A stretch of 64,000 nucleotides of DNA from Candidatus Poribacteria bacterium (GCA_965205025.1 CBDBFU010000013.1:259060-323059), one strand, 5' to 3'; shown: positions 23,194-34,572, numbered from the stretch's first letter. Made by a program: numbers and translations. The notes: generated from the letters alone by a model not told the origin.

Positions 23194-23398
23194 GTAGCGT
23201 AAACTTCCAGTTTGCGCATCCGTTATCTGTGTAGCGTAAACTTCCAGTTTGCATATGTGAGTCGTGTAGCGTAAACTTCCAGTGCCATTAATTCCCAATT
23301 TGTGTTATAAGACCACACAATCTGGAAGATTGTGATACAGATACAATATAAGACCACACAATCTGGAAGATTGTGATACAAAAGACTGATTGTGATAC
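23194..23398. repeat. REP cluster upstream of RAYT
   Basis: GTAGCGTAAACTTCCAG at 23194, 23231, 23266; inverted CACAATCTGGAAGATTGTGATAC at 23316 and 23357, partial at 23388. Confidence 0.85.
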
Positions 23399-23406
23399 GA
23401 CCTGGA

Positions 23407-26400
23407 CTAATGTCTAATGACCAACCATGTGACTAACTCAAATTCAGTATCTTCTGTAATCTGACTCTCAGCAGTTGGCAGGAGTGCATCAGGACTTGAG
23501 TCAAGTTGGTCGTTGACCTTCTGAATATACTCCGCACGGATGGATTCTAACGCGGTGTCAAGTAGCATCTGATAGATCGTCATGTCATTACCATTGTCGG
23601 TATCTTTGTTGAACTTTGCATATAGTGTTATTTGTTCGTCAGTCTTTGTTGAAGACTTTCCAACACAGAGTGCACTGAACCGTTCTAATATGCGTTTCGG
23701 ATTGGTGAATCCAATAGAAACAACTTCATCCTCAGTGACATAGACAAGATAGTAGGGATGTCGTGGGTTTAGTTTCTTACTTTCCTCATTGTCTTCTGCT
23801 TCAATGACCTGTTTTAAACAGAAAATAACCCCAGGTTTTATATCTACAGGTGCACCACCATGCGTAAAAGGCGATGTGACAGCATATAAACCCAAATCTG
23901 CTAATCTCAGATCATCCTCTCTGGTATTTAAATAATTGAGAAGTTGGGCGCGGAAATCGTCCAGTGTGAATTGATTCAAATTCAGTTGTTCGTCTAAATC
24001 ATCAAAGTCAAGGATATCGGTTTGCATACGGCGGAGTTGTTCATCTCGGTGTGACCATACCCTTTCCAAGTTTTCATCACTATTTTCAGGTGTGAGTGGG
24101 TTGTCATAACCTGTAGCCGTCAGATTGACGAGAGCCATGCGGGACTCAACCCGAACTTTCAGGTTGATATACTCGTCAAGTTCAGGTGTAGGCCAAAAAT
24201 TTACCATACGTATTAAATCGTTCTTACTCCCGATCCGGTCAATACGTCCGAAACGTTGGATAATCCGCACAGGATTCCAATGTATATCGTAATTGATAAG
24301 ATAATCACAATCCTGCAAGTTCTGCCCTTCAGATATACAATCCGTCCCGATGAGTAGGTCAATTTCTGGGATTTCTGCCTCCGTGTCATCTGTTGTTCGT
24401 TCCTTGGAGATAGGAGAGAAATTGGTCAAAATCTCATTAAAATCTGTATTACCGTAAGTCGTTTTATTTGCGGAACCGGTTACGACAGCACACTCAATTT
24501 CAAGTGTTTCTTTTACCCATTCATACATATTTTCATATAAATAATTGGCAGTATCAGCAAAAGCGGTAAATACAAGAACTTTACGGTTCTTTTTACCATC
24601 ATTATTAGTGGAAGGTTCATTTACTTTCTCATATATAAGCGTCTTGAGTTCTGCTAATTTGTTATCTCTGTCAGGAGTAATGTTGGCTGCTGCGCGTTGT
24701 ATTCCTGTTAGTTGTTCTCTATCGTTCTCAAGATCTTCCAACCATGCTTCAAGGTCAAGGTGTTCATACTGGTATTGATCATCTTCTGCATCTTCAATGC
24801 CATTGAGTAGATCTTCATCTTCTCCATATTCTGCTTCTGCTTCTGCGAATGCAGAGTAATCGGTGTCCCTATCTGCCTCATCATGCAAGTAATCTTGTAT
24901 GTCAATGGAAAGTGCATTTATTTTTTCAATCGTCCGTTTTAACGTTGAATCGAAAGAGTGGACACTGCTCTCAAGCCGTTTGAGAAAGTTCACCTTCATC
25001 ATCCCGATAAGGTTACTCTCACGATGCTGCAGAACTCTATCATCATAGTGGTGCAGACAATCCGGTTTGATATAAAATGATGGGTTGAAAAGGGAGAGTT
25101 TATAACCATCAATCTGTGTGCTAATGTTTTGGAAACTGGGGAATATACCTTCCGTATCAATATCAGGATAGACAGGTATCGGATCTGCCCGATCTGGGAA
25201 CTTGATTTCTAAACCATCAGTATCCTTATAGAATTTAGTTATATGTTTTCTGGATCGTGCGATGGTGAGTCTATCTAACAGATTGAAAAAATCAGTATTC
25301 AGGCTTTCAGCCAGACTATCCTGTCTTTGCGCTTGATTAGATAGATCACCGTTTTGATCTGTCCATTTTTCAAACCGATTTTGCGCGTTTCTCAATGTTT
25401 CTCTAACACTATTTATACCTGTATTTTGAAAAGCATTATCATTATCCTCAGTGATGAGTCGTATCTGGTTTACAAGATCGGTCAGTTTGTTGTTTACAGG
25501 TGTTGCAGATAGCATAAGGACTTGGGTTTGACATCCACTCTTGATAATCTCCTCCAATAGTTTGTTATATCGACTTCTCCGTAATAGTAGACCTTCCTCA
25601 TATCTATCAGGGGGTCTGTTTCGAAAATTGTGTGATTCATCAATTACGACAAGGTCGAAATTCTCCCAATCAAAATCTGATGGTTTTCCTCTATCTGTCA
25701 AGTCTGAGTGTGCCTTGACGGTGTAGTGAAAGTTATCTTTTCTAAATGGATTATTTTTTCTTTGATAGTTTAATGAATAGAGAGTCCAGTTCTCTTCCAA
25801 CTTTTTTGGGCACAACACCAACACATTTGCACCCCGTATTTCAAAGTATTTTATGATGGCGAGTGCCTCAAAGGTTTTACCTAACCCGACACTGTCTGCA
25901 ATGATACACCCATTATATTCCCTCAGTTTTTTTATACATGCCTGAACACCGTGTTTCTGAAAATCGTATAGTTTTCTCCAGATTTCTGAATGCTGAAACT
26001 TCGGACTTTCTTGTGCGAAATCCGCATCTGTTGCACCATCCAAGAAGTCTTCAAAGATATGGTACAACGTTTTAAAGTAGATGAATTCTGGATCTTGGTC
26101 TGTGTATATGTTTTCAAGGTATGTTTTAACCGCTTCTTTTACATCCTGCACCTGATCCGATTCCCATAGGTTATCAAACCACTTTTTTAGGTCGGCACAG
26201 TCGCTTTTGCTATCCACTTCAAGGTTGAGTTCAATATTTCTTGCTTTTTCATTCAATCCCAAACCGCGCACGGTAAAGTTGGAACTGCCGAGGATGGCAT
26301 CTTCACTCCCGTCTTTTTCAATATAATACATCTTGCCGTGTAAGAAATTGGATTTAGCGACCGATTTGATTTCTACTTTGTCCTCAATCCAATCGTGACA

Positions 26401-26697
26401 TGCTTTAGCAATTGCGTTTTGAGGTAGGTAGTTACCAAGTTCTAATCCTTTTTCAGTAAGACGAAATGCTTTGCTTTCTGTTTTGCTGGGATCCATACCT
26501 TGGATAAAACTCGGTTCACCGAACAGAAATCGGAGTTCTTTTATGTGTGTGAGTTCGTCTTTGAGTTGGTGGAATGCGTAGATGGTGAAATAGGCGGATA
26601 CGAAAGAGAGGGACGACCCGTCTTGAATTTTATCTCGTAGAAAATCGGCGACGGTGCCGTACATATTGTTGTCTCTGATGTGAGTGTTTTCTGACAT
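23407..26697 (-). CDS. PLD-nuclease domain + SNF2-family helicase
   Basis: LHGKMY...GSSNFT (PLD), ADSVGLGKT, IDESHNFRN, SATP, SEGQNLQ, QRFGRIDRIG. Confidence 0.9.
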   Translation of the reverse strand: MSENTHIRDNNMYGTVADFLRDKIQDGSSLSFVSAYFTIYAFHQLKDELTHIKELRFLFGEPSFIQGMDPSKTESKAFRLTEKGLELGNYLPQNAIAKACHDWIEDKVEIKSVAKSNFLHGKMYYIEKDGSEDAILGSSNFTVRGLGLNEKARNIELNLEVDSKSDCADLKKWFDNLWESDQVQDVKEAVKTYLENIYTDQDPEFIYFKTLYHIFEDFLDGATDADFAQESPKFQHSEIWRKLYDFQKHGVQACIKKLREYNGCIIADSVGLGKTFEALAIIKYFEIRGANVLVLCPKKLEENWTLYSLNYQRKNNPFRKDNFHYTVKAHSDLTDRGKPSDFDWENFDLVVIDESHNFRNRPPDRYEEGLLLRRSRYNKLLEEIIKSGCQTQVLMLSATPVNNKLTDLVNQIRLITEDNDNAFQNTGINSVRETLRNAQNRFEKWTDQNGDLSNQAQRQDSLAESLNTDFFNLLDRLTIARSRKHITKFYKDTDGLEIKFPDRADPIPVYPDIDTEGIFPSFQNISTQIDGYKLSLFNPSFYIKPDCLHHYDDRVLQHRESNLIGMMKVNFLKRLESSVHSFDSTLKRTIEKINALSIDIQDYLHDEADRDTDYSAFAEAEAEYGEDEDLLNGIEDAEDDQYQYEHLDLEAWLEDLENDREQLTGIQRAAANITPDRDNKLAELKTLIYEKVNEPSTNNDGKKNRKVLVFTAFADTANYLYENMYEWVKETLEIECAVVTGSANKTTYGNTDFNEILTNFSPISKERTTDDTEAEIPEIDLLIGTDCISEGQNLQDCDYLINYDIHWNPVRIIQRFGRIDRIGSKNDLIRMVNFWPTPELDEYINLKVRVESRMALVNLTATGYDNPLTPENSDENLERVWSHRDEQLRRMQTDILDFDDLDEQLNLNQFTLDDFRAQLLNYLNTREDDLRLADLGLYAVTSPFTHGGAPVDIKPGVIFCLKQVIEAEDNEESKKLNPRHPYYLVYVTEDEVVSIGFTNPKRILERFSALCVGKSSTKTDEQITLYAKFNKDTDNGNDMTIYQMLLDTALESIRAEYIQKVNDQLDSSPDALLPTAESQITEDTEFELVTWLVIRH

Positions 26698-26831
26698 AGT
26701 GTTATTTTAATTTGAACAAATACTTTTGCTAAGGATAATATCTAAATTATAGTAATGTTTCATATAAATTCTACAGATAAGCTGTGAATTTTTCAAGTGT
26801 AAAATTTACCCACCATTGAGTGTTTAATGTA

Positions 26832-27479
26832 ATACCATTTCTGATAATTAAAATCTCTTTAATGTAGCATAAACTTCCAGTTTGTGTCCTAACTCTTTTT
26901 GTAGCACAAACTTCCAGTTTGTGCTTAGTCTACATAGTTTGGACAGTTTTAAACGATACACATTTTGCCCCTCGAATCAAGGAATCAATGGTATGAATGT
27001 TATTTAGACATTCCCCCAAATCTACGCCGAATGCGCGTATGGCATTCGGCGGGTATGAACGCCATTAGGCGTTCCCGGGGCTTAGACCTTGGTTAGGTAT
27101 GACGTTTCTACAAACCTTTCGCCCCTCTGGGGCTTCTAATACCAAATTTTACTTAATTAGTTTACATTAATAGGAGATCGGAAAAGCAATTTAGTTTTAA
27201 AGGTATTCTATAGACATTCCGTCCCTACCAAATCAACGGTATGAATGCCATTTAGGCATTCCCCGGGACTCTATTATGGGAATATATACTTTTGCTATAG
27301 ACATTCCGTCCCTATGGGACTCAAGGAATCAATGGTATGAATGCTATATAGCATTCCCGCCTACTGGGTCTGGGGAATTAGAATTACCGATTTAAAAAAT
27401 TAATCTTCATCCAGTTTGTGCGGTATTTCAAGACATATATAACAACTGTTTATGGGATAAACATTTATAGAAATGGTAT
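26832..27479. mobile_element. MITE-C copy containing REPs and a MITE-B end
   Basis: ATACCATTTC...GAAATGGTAT ends; REP hairpins at 26864 and 26901; MITE-B right end at 27410 followed by CCAGTTTGTG. Confidence 0.6.
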
Positions 27480-28090
27480 CAGATGAAAACCAAAGATGCA
27501 TCTCGTTCACACTTAAGTTATATAAATATTAACATATATGATTCACGGAGAATTGGTATAATTAAAATTATAGACCTTTATAGAATAAGGGCTCGTAAAA
27601 TTGCTCCGTGAAGGTTTCCGTGAAAGTGCAATCATCTCAATTCGCAAAAAATTAACACACTTTTCCTATCAAACTATCAACACATACAAGATTATCATAT
27701 AAGGACTTATGCACTACCAAGGTATGTATGTTCGATCCACGAATCGAACCCCTTTATAGTCGGGAATCGGAGTTCCCTCCTACAGAAGAATATAATGCTT
27801 AAATTGATGTCTATGGGAACAGGTATTCTGATACCCAAACCTCTTATCCGCGTAATCCATGAAATCTGCGTAATCCGCGATTCAGACAAATGTAGCGTTG
27901 ATTCAAATGAGAATTATGAAACTTAATAACCTTGTACCTATTCTTAGTGTAAACCCTATCAAATTCTAATTTTACACATTTCTTAAAAATAAAATGAAGA
28001 AAGCACACATCTCTAACATCAAACACATTAATAATATTAACCCAAGTTGTCACGCGTTTACTTACATAGCACTCCGCTGGAGTGCAGGAT

Positions 28091-28229
28091 GTTGATATGT
28101 CTTTTTCTATAGACATATCACCCCGCTGGGGTGAGGGAAAGTGTCTGAAAAACTGTGCTGAGTTGATATGTCTTTTTCTATAGACTTATCACCCGCTGGG
28201 GTGAGGAAAGTGTCTGAAAACTGTGCTGA
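28091..28229. repeat. Tandem ~69-bp duplication containing a CACCCCGCTGGGGTG hairpin
   Basis: GTTGATATGTCTTTTTCTATAGAC...AAACTGTGCTGA present twice. Confidence 0.75.
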
Positions 28230-28821
28230 AAGGATCAAATCCGTTAGTAGCAACTTGAGTTAATATTAGTCAAAATGAAAATAAAATCAGGTGTTAGAAC
28301 ACGAACTAAAATCAAAAATAAAAAGTATAGGCTACATATTCAGAGGAAAAATAAATGATGAATATCCATAAAAACGATCCTAATTACGAACTTTCATTTA
28401 CGTCAAAAAATGCACCTATTTTGACGGTAGAAAATGTCAAAATCAGAAAAGACAACAAAAACACAAAATCACACATTTTTGAATTTCTTAAAAAACCAAT
28501 TCAAAGTGGAGTAAAGCCAGTCTATAACAGGGTTTACAGAGGTAATTCACACTAATTTCAATGTCACACCGTGTGACAAAAAGTGTAACTTTTTTCGTTT
28601 TTTCGACGCACAGAGAATAGCAACGACAACACGATCTACTGTCTGTATATTAGGATTAAATGGATGTTTTTAGACATTATTATTTGTCTGTATATTAGGA
28701 TTAAATGGATGTTTTTTATATCTTTTTAACAATCACGGAATTTCTTAAAGATTGTATTTTCGTACGAGTAGTGATATAATGTGTTTATATGAAATCTGTC
28801 AAGGTATTTAAGGAGAGAAAC

Positions 28822-29967
28822 ATGAAAGATTTCGCATTTACAGGGGGAAGACCCGACCCCTATACATTCCCAACAGAAGAACTTATAAAGGCAAGTGAGA
28901 AGGCATTACGAAAATTGGGTGGAGATTTAGTCAACTATCCAGGAGAATCCGGCTATAAAGGTTTACGTGAACTCGCGTCTATGCGGTTTGAACGCAGAGA
29001 AGGTGTGCCATTACCTGTAGACAATACCTCAATTACATCAGGTTCAATGCAGGCTTTGGAATTGGTATTAGGCACATTCATTAAACCGGGGGATACCGTA
29101 TTAACTGAGGAATTTACGTATAGCGGCACACTCGGTATTATGCGTCATCTACAAGCCGATATTGTCGGTGTGCCAATGGACTATATAGATGGGATGGATA
29201 TGGATGCCTTAGAGGAAAAACTCAAGGATCTTAAGCGACAAAATGTCACACCTTCCATGATTTATACCACCTCCAACCATCAAAATCCTACAGGAGCAAT
29301 TCTATCACTTGAACGTAGACAACGGATGTTGGAATTAGCAGAAGAATACGACACGATTATTGTTGAAGATGATTGCTATGGTGATATAGATTTTGTACCA
29401 AATCCAACGCCTGATTCATTGTTTAAATTGGATACATCAAACAGGGTTATCTTTATTGCAACATTCTCAAAGATATTGGGAGCTGGCGTCAGACAAGGAT
29501 ATTTTGTAGCAGAACAACCTTATTACGGTATGATCCATCATAATCGATGGGATGGTGGTACAAGTGCGCTCGCAAGTGCTATTGTTGCTGAATTTTTCAT
29601 GGAACATCTTGACAAACATCTTGAAATAACAAATGCTGCTGTCGGTGCTAAGTGTCAAGCGGTTGTTGATACACTTGAAGAACACGTAAGCGACCTATGT
29701 ACGTGGACAAGACCTCGTGGCGGTCTTTTCTTGTGGATAGATCTACCTGAGACGACAGATATGAGTAAGTTGAATGCGTTAGCTTCTGCGAAGGGTGTAG
29801 GGTATAGTAGTGGTAGTGCATTTCACTATGCAGGTGATCCTGTCAAAGCAATACGATTGGCGTATGCATATTGTCATGTAGACGACGTTCCAGAAGGCAT
29901 TACCTATCTTGCTGAAGCAATTCAAGCATCTCAGAGTGAAGCAGTGGGTGAGGTTGCTGCTGATTAA
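28822..29967 (+). CDS. PLP-dependent aminotransferase class I/II (LysN/MocR-core type)
   Basis: HQNPTG, VEDDCYGD, TFSKILGAGVRQG, GGLFLW; ATG at 28822 follows AAGGAG. Confidence 0.88.
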   Translation: MKDFAFTGGRPDPYTFPTEELIKASEKALRKLGGDLVNYPGESGYKGLRELASMRFERREGVPLPVDNTSITSGSMQALELVLGTFIKPGDTVLTEEFTYSGTLGIMRHLQADIVGVPMDYIDGMDMDALEEKLKDLKRQNVTPSMIYTTSNHQNPTGAILSLERRQRMLELAEEYDTIIVEDDCYGDIDFVPNPTPDSLFKLDTSNRVIFIATFSKILGAGVRQGYFVAEQPYYGMIHHNRWDGGTSALASAIVAEFFMEHLDKHLEITNAAVGAKCQAVVDTLEEHVSDLCTWTRPRGGLFLWIDLPETTDMSKLNALASAKGVGYSSGSAFHYAGDPVKAIRLAYAYCHVDDVPEGITYLAEAIQASQSEAVGEVAAD

Positions 29968-30012
29968 TGCCAGAGTTGTATAATAAATCTACGGTAGTAA
30001 TGGAGGTTATCA

Positions 30013-31383
30013 TTGCGTAATATCATCCTTTTTTCATTAGATACGTTGCGTGCGTCAAGTATGAGTTGTTATGGACACAAAAACTTAACAACACCCCATC
30101 TCGATGTCTTAGCATCAAATGGCACACTGTTTGAAAGTTGTATCAGTCCACATATACCTACGCATCCTGCACATACGACGATGTTTACTGGAAAAGATGT
30201 GCTAACCCATCAGATTATTACGCAAGGTGGACAATTAAATCTCTCAGAGAATATCAGGACACTTCCCGAACTACTGAATGAAGCGGGTTATTTTACTGTA
30301 GCAGCAGATAATTTAGGGAGATGGTTTCAACGCGGCTTCCCAGAAGAACACTACCGAGGTTCGCAGTGGGAGACACGTTACCAAGGTGCACGAAAAGCTG
30401 AAGCTGTGAATAATACCGCAATAGATCTTCTGGATTTGGCACAATCCCAAGATAAACCGTGGTTCGCATTTCTACATTATTGGGATCCGCATACACCTTA
30501 TCTCCCACCCGCTCCTTTTGAACGGATGTTCTATAGTGGGGATGAATGTGATCCAGACAATCGAAGTATGGATGCAGTTTACGCATGTGAACCGTTCACT
30601 GATTATTTCCGACAGTGGATGTGTAAACCAGATCCAGATGATCCTGACAATTTAGCAAAAAAACAACTCTGGACTGATCGTGAATATGTCAACGCACAAT
30701 ACGACGCTTCCATCGCATATATGGATGCATCATTGGCTCAACTATTCCACTATTTGCAGGAAAGTGATCTGATGAAAGACACTCTCTTGATAATCACTGC
30801 GGACCACGGTGAAGAACTTGATGAACACCAACTTTGGTATGACCATCATGGGTTGTATCAAACAAATTGCCATATACCATTGATTATACATTGTCCTGCA
30901 GTCATTCGGAAAGGACAACGTCTGGGTGGATTAGTCACACTAAAGGATATTGCCCCTACTATTTTAGATTATGCTGGACAGACTGCATTGGGTAAACGCG
31001 AAAAAATGGAAGGTATAAGTCTACGCACATTAATTGACAATGGTATTGATGATGGTTCGTGTGATACAGTATATCTAACAGAATGTGGTTGGATGAAAAA
31101 GCGTGGATGGCAAACACGGAAATGGAAACTGATTTTAGAAACCGGTGGGACACCTTCCGTTTACAATACACCCGATATTGAACTTTATGATCTTGAGGAA
31201 GATCCTGATGAGATTTACAATTTAGCTGAGGAAGCGGAGGACATTGTAGGACAACTTAAGAGTGAATTGAATGCATTTCTGAATCGAAGATTGTCTGAAA
31301 CTGGTCAACCAGATCCAACAGATGAACAAGAAATTACAATGCGTAAAATTGGAGATAAGACAAAGGCAGTCCCATTACCTTAA
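30013..31383 (+). CDS. Sulfatase/alkaline-phosphatase superfamily hydrolase (non-canonical motif)
   Basis: SLDTLRA, PTHPAHTTMFTG, HYWDPHTPY, TADHGEE, ELYDLEEDPDE. Confidence 0.85.
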   Translation: MRNIILFSLDTLRASSMSCYGHKNLTTPHLDVLASNGTLFESCISPHIPTHPAHTTMFTGKDVLTHQIITQGGQLNLSENIRTLPELLNEAGYFTVAADNLGRWFQRGFPEEHYRGSQWETRYQGARKAEAVNNTAIDLLDLAQSQDKPWFAFLHYWDPHTPYLPPAPFERMFYSGDECDPDNRSMDAVYACEPFTDYFRQWMCKPDPDDPDNLAKKQLWTDREYVNAQYDASIAYMDASLAQLFHYLQESDLMKDTLLIITADHGEELDEHQLWYDHHGLYQTNCHIPLIIHCPAVIRKGQRLGGLVTLKDIAPTILDYAGQTALGKREKMEGISLRTLIDNGIDDGSCDTVYLTECGWMKKRGWQTRKWKLILETGGTPSVYNTPDIELYDLEEDPDEIYNLAEEAEDIVGQLKSELNAFLNRRLSETGQPDPTDEQEITMRKIGDKTKAVPLP

Positions 31384-31389
31384 ATTGAA

Positions 31390-32425
31390 TATGAGACACA
31401 AATCACAATTGACAAATATACATAGATTACCGATACAAATTATTATAGCTTTTCTATTCGTAGCGTTTGTATTGAACGGTTGTACCGTCTTACAAGAGGC
31501 GCAAAAACGGAAAGAACAACGTCTTCTCGCAAAACGGAATGTTAACCGTCTCATGTTATCACCGTCAGATGCAACGATTGATGTTGATCCCAATCCATCT
31601 GAAGGAAACCCTCACGGAATAAGTGACCACTATACATTAACTTTCATGGAAGACATATTGGCTACCGATGCGTTTGATGAAGCTCCTGAACGTGAAACCT
31701 TTGCTTTAAGTGCACTTGGGTATATGGAGAGTCTTTATGATGCTTTATATGACATTTTTGGGTTCAAGCCAGAACATAAGATACATGTAAAACTTCATGA
31801 TATTTACCAAGGCACAAGATTAGCTGCGACAACAACAACGATAACTGGTAGAAGATTCTATCGTGGAGGGTATATTAAGACGATAAGAGGTATAGAAATG
31901 GATTTTCCAAAAGCTATGTACGATTCACCTGGAACCCGGGTTCATGAGTTAACACATGCATTTACGAATATCTATTACTTACCCACATGGTTTTCTGAAG
32001 GCATCGCAGTATTGATGCAGTCAGAGTATGCCAGGGGTGGGGCACATCCAAAATTTGATAACCTTGAACGTCATCTAAAGCTTGACTTGGATGGTATAAA
32101 TCTGTTAGAGAGTTGGGGTGGACATACCGATTTGCAGTCAACACCCTTATCATCTTGGAGATATAGTTACGCGTATACAGTCGTTTCTGAATTAAGAAAG
32201 AGATTTGGGAACGATTTCTATATCAAGGTATTTGAATTAATTGAAGAAGATCAACTACACATAAAACTTGAAGGGGATATGCCAACGAGTATGGTTGTTT
32301 ATTACCTTAGCAAAGCTGCCGGAGAAGATCTTGTCCCCTTCTTCAGAGATTTACAGTTTAGGGTAAGTAAATTGAACAAGACAGATATTCTTCAATTTAT
32401 AGAACAATCAAAATCTTCAAACTAA
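31390..32425 (+). CDS. Putative lipoprotein, HExxH metallopeptidase-like
   Basis: LNGC lipobox; VHELTH...WFSEGIA gluzincin-like motif; start uncertain. Confidence 0.6.
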
Positions 32426-32436
32426 AGGAGGAATTA

Positions 32437-33114
32437 ATGCGTAGTCTTCAAACTATTACGTATACAAATAATAAATCTCTATATACTAAATATATTAATA
32501 GTACGTTTAATATTAAAAGATTAAGAAGTGCAACTATTATAATCTCCCTAATATGTCTCCTCCTAACATCCGGTTGTATAATTAGTCAGCAGCAAAGCGA
32601 AAACTATGCTCTGATGAAAGGTGTTACTGCAAATGATCCTGTTATCATTGATGGAGATCTCAATACTGTAGGAGAATCGCAGACTAAGAAGAGTTCAGGC
32701 AGTTTAGCTATTGATGCTAAGATTACATCGGAATCTATTGTTTATTTACCAGAGAAGAAGAAGATATTTCAGGTGAAGATTCATTCTCCAAATATTCAGG
32801 ACTTTCAATTAATGGCTCTCAATACGTTGGGTGAATGGGATCAGATACATGAACAACGCAGCACGGATAGTAAGATTATTGATATACGATTAAAACGACC
32901 TGTTACAACGAGCGGTATAAAAGTAGTTGTCAGGAAAACATCCGATGATGCAGCCAGAAAACGACAGAATCTTCGTGTTGATCGAGAGAATGAGGAAACA
33001 CCTGATGGTAGAATACGTAGAGGAAGATTTGTCTATAAAGTTTCTGGTCCGCTAACTGCCCCCGGTAAAATTGCAGAAATTGAATTGTTCGGTTATGCTG
33101 ATAAAACTCCCTAA
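32437..33114 (+). CDS. Putative lipoprotein with discoidin/F5-8-like beta domain
   Basis: TSGC lipobox; IIDGD...IAEIELFG pattern. Confidence 0.5.
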   Translation: MRSLQTITYTNNKSLYTKYINSTFNIKRLRSATIIISLICLLLTSGCIISQQQSENYALMKGVTANDPVIIDGDLNTVGESQTKKSSGSLAIDAKITSESIVYLPEKKKIFQVKIHSPNIQDFQLMALNTLGEWDQIHEQRSTDSKIIDIRLKRPVTTSGIKVVVRKTSDDAARKRQNLRVDRENEETPDGRIRRGRFVYKVSGPLTAPGKIAEIELFGYADKTP

Positions 33115-33122
33115 TGTAATGA

Positions 33123-34295
33123 ATGCAGTCTAATCGATTCCATAAATTCCTTGATAGATATGTCGGTATTCCGATTGGAATTATTTTATTCATAATTAGT
33201 AGTTGTTGTAATTTCTTAGCCAAATGCTTCAAGTTAAAAACGCGACGATCCGGATATAAAGAACAACCCACCCCACCGAAACGAATCCTATTTATTCAAC
33301 TTTCCGCATTAGGGGATACAATCTTAGCAATCCCTACTGTCCGTGCCTTCCGGCAGATTTTCCCAGACACAGAAATATCCTTTTTAGCATCACCAACAAA
33401 TCTATCCTATTTAGAACATTGTCCCTATATTGATAATCGTATTCTATTCACCAAACCTTCATTCAAATTAATTCATAGTCTTCGACAGGATAGATTTGAT
33501 TATATCATTGATCTTGAACATTGGTCGCGTTTTAGTATGCTTCTTGCTTTCTTAATCGGTGCTCCTCGTATTATTGGATTCAGTGCTGCAGATCAATACC
33601 GACATTATCTGTTTACAGATACCATTCCCCATGTTCCTGGGCGACATGAAGTGCTTAACTTTCTGAGTATAACCCATGAATATGGTTATGATATAAAGGA
33701 TACGAACCTTGAGGTATGGATTGGGGATTCAGAGCTGGACTGGCGCCGAAATGTGTTCAAACAAGAATTAGAACAAGATAAGCCTATCGTTGTATTACAT
33801 CCAGAAGCAGGTCGTCGGGGTGAACCGAGAAGACGTTGGATACAAAGCAACTACATTGAATTAGCAGATACTTTGACAGAAAAATATGGTATACAGGTCG
33901 TTCTAACAGGTGCTCCAGATGAGGTGCAGCTATCACAGACGATAGCAAAACAAACAACATGTAAGACGATTAACCTTGCCGGGAAAACTGAAGTGAATCA
34001 ACTGGCAGCGTTATTTGCTAAAGCAGATTTGGTTATCAGTGGGAATTGTGGACCAATGCATCTTGCTGCGGCGACGGGGACACCTGTGATAGCTATTCAT
34101 GGACCAACAAATTCACAACAGTGGGGACCTTGGGGAGAGAATACACTCTGCATTGAAGCCACGTTACCCTGTAGTCCTTGTCTGAACTTAGGATTTGAGT
34201 ATGCATGTCAGGCATTACCTGATGGTACATCACCTTGTATGCATACGATAGGTGTTGATGAAGTTTTACAGGCATGTGAAGCATATTTGGGTTAA
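33123..34295 (+). CDS. Glycosyltransferase family 9 (heptosyltransferase-like)
   Basis: SALGDTIL, LAGKT, GPMHLAAATGTPVIAIHGPT, CSPC. Confidence 0.88.
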   Translation: MQSNRFHKFLDRYVGIPIGIILFIISSCCNFLAKCFKLKTRRSGYKEQPTPPKRILFIQLSALGDTILAIPTVRAFRQIFPDTEISFLASPTNLSYLEHCPYIDNRILFTKPSFKLIHSLRQDRFDYIIDLEHWSRFSMLLAFLIGAPRIIGFSAADQYRHYLFTDTIPHVPGRHEVLNFLSITHEYGYDIKDTNLEVWIGDSELDWRRNVFKQELEQDKPIVVLHPEAGRRGEPRRRWIQSNYIELADTLTEKYGIQVVLTGAPDEVQLSQTIAKQTTCKTINLAGKTEVNQLAALFAKADLVISGNCGPMHLAAATGTPVIAIHGPTNSQQWGPWGENTLCIEATLPCSPCLNLGFEYACQALPDGTSPCMHTIGVDEVLQACEAYLG

Positions 34296-34420
34296 ACATT
34301 ATAGTAAAACCTGAAATTATCATTACATCACGGTAGGTTCGGTTTCCCAACCGAAGCTGTAAAATAGTGCGGTTAGGAAACCGCACCTACCAAATAGTGT
34401 AAACATACTTATTGAATCAA

Positions 34421-34535
34421 ATACCATTTCTATAAATTATTGTCTCATTAGGCGGTTATTATGGTAGTCATTTTTCAGGTCACAAACTGAAAGTTTGTGG
34501 TACAAAAAAGAGACATTTTCAATTAGAAATGGTAT
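34421..34535. mobile_element. MITE-C, 115 bp, with internal REP hairpin
   Basis: ATACCATTTCTA...TAGAAATGGTAT ends; REP at 34481-34503. Confidence 0.65.
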
Positions 34536-34572
34536 AATATAAAATCTGGTGGTATTACTAAGAACTTAAAAG

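Noticed and set aside
27707-28555. Short ORFs of 60-90 aa
   Set aside because: They overlap repeat/REP-derived sequence and show no protein motifs
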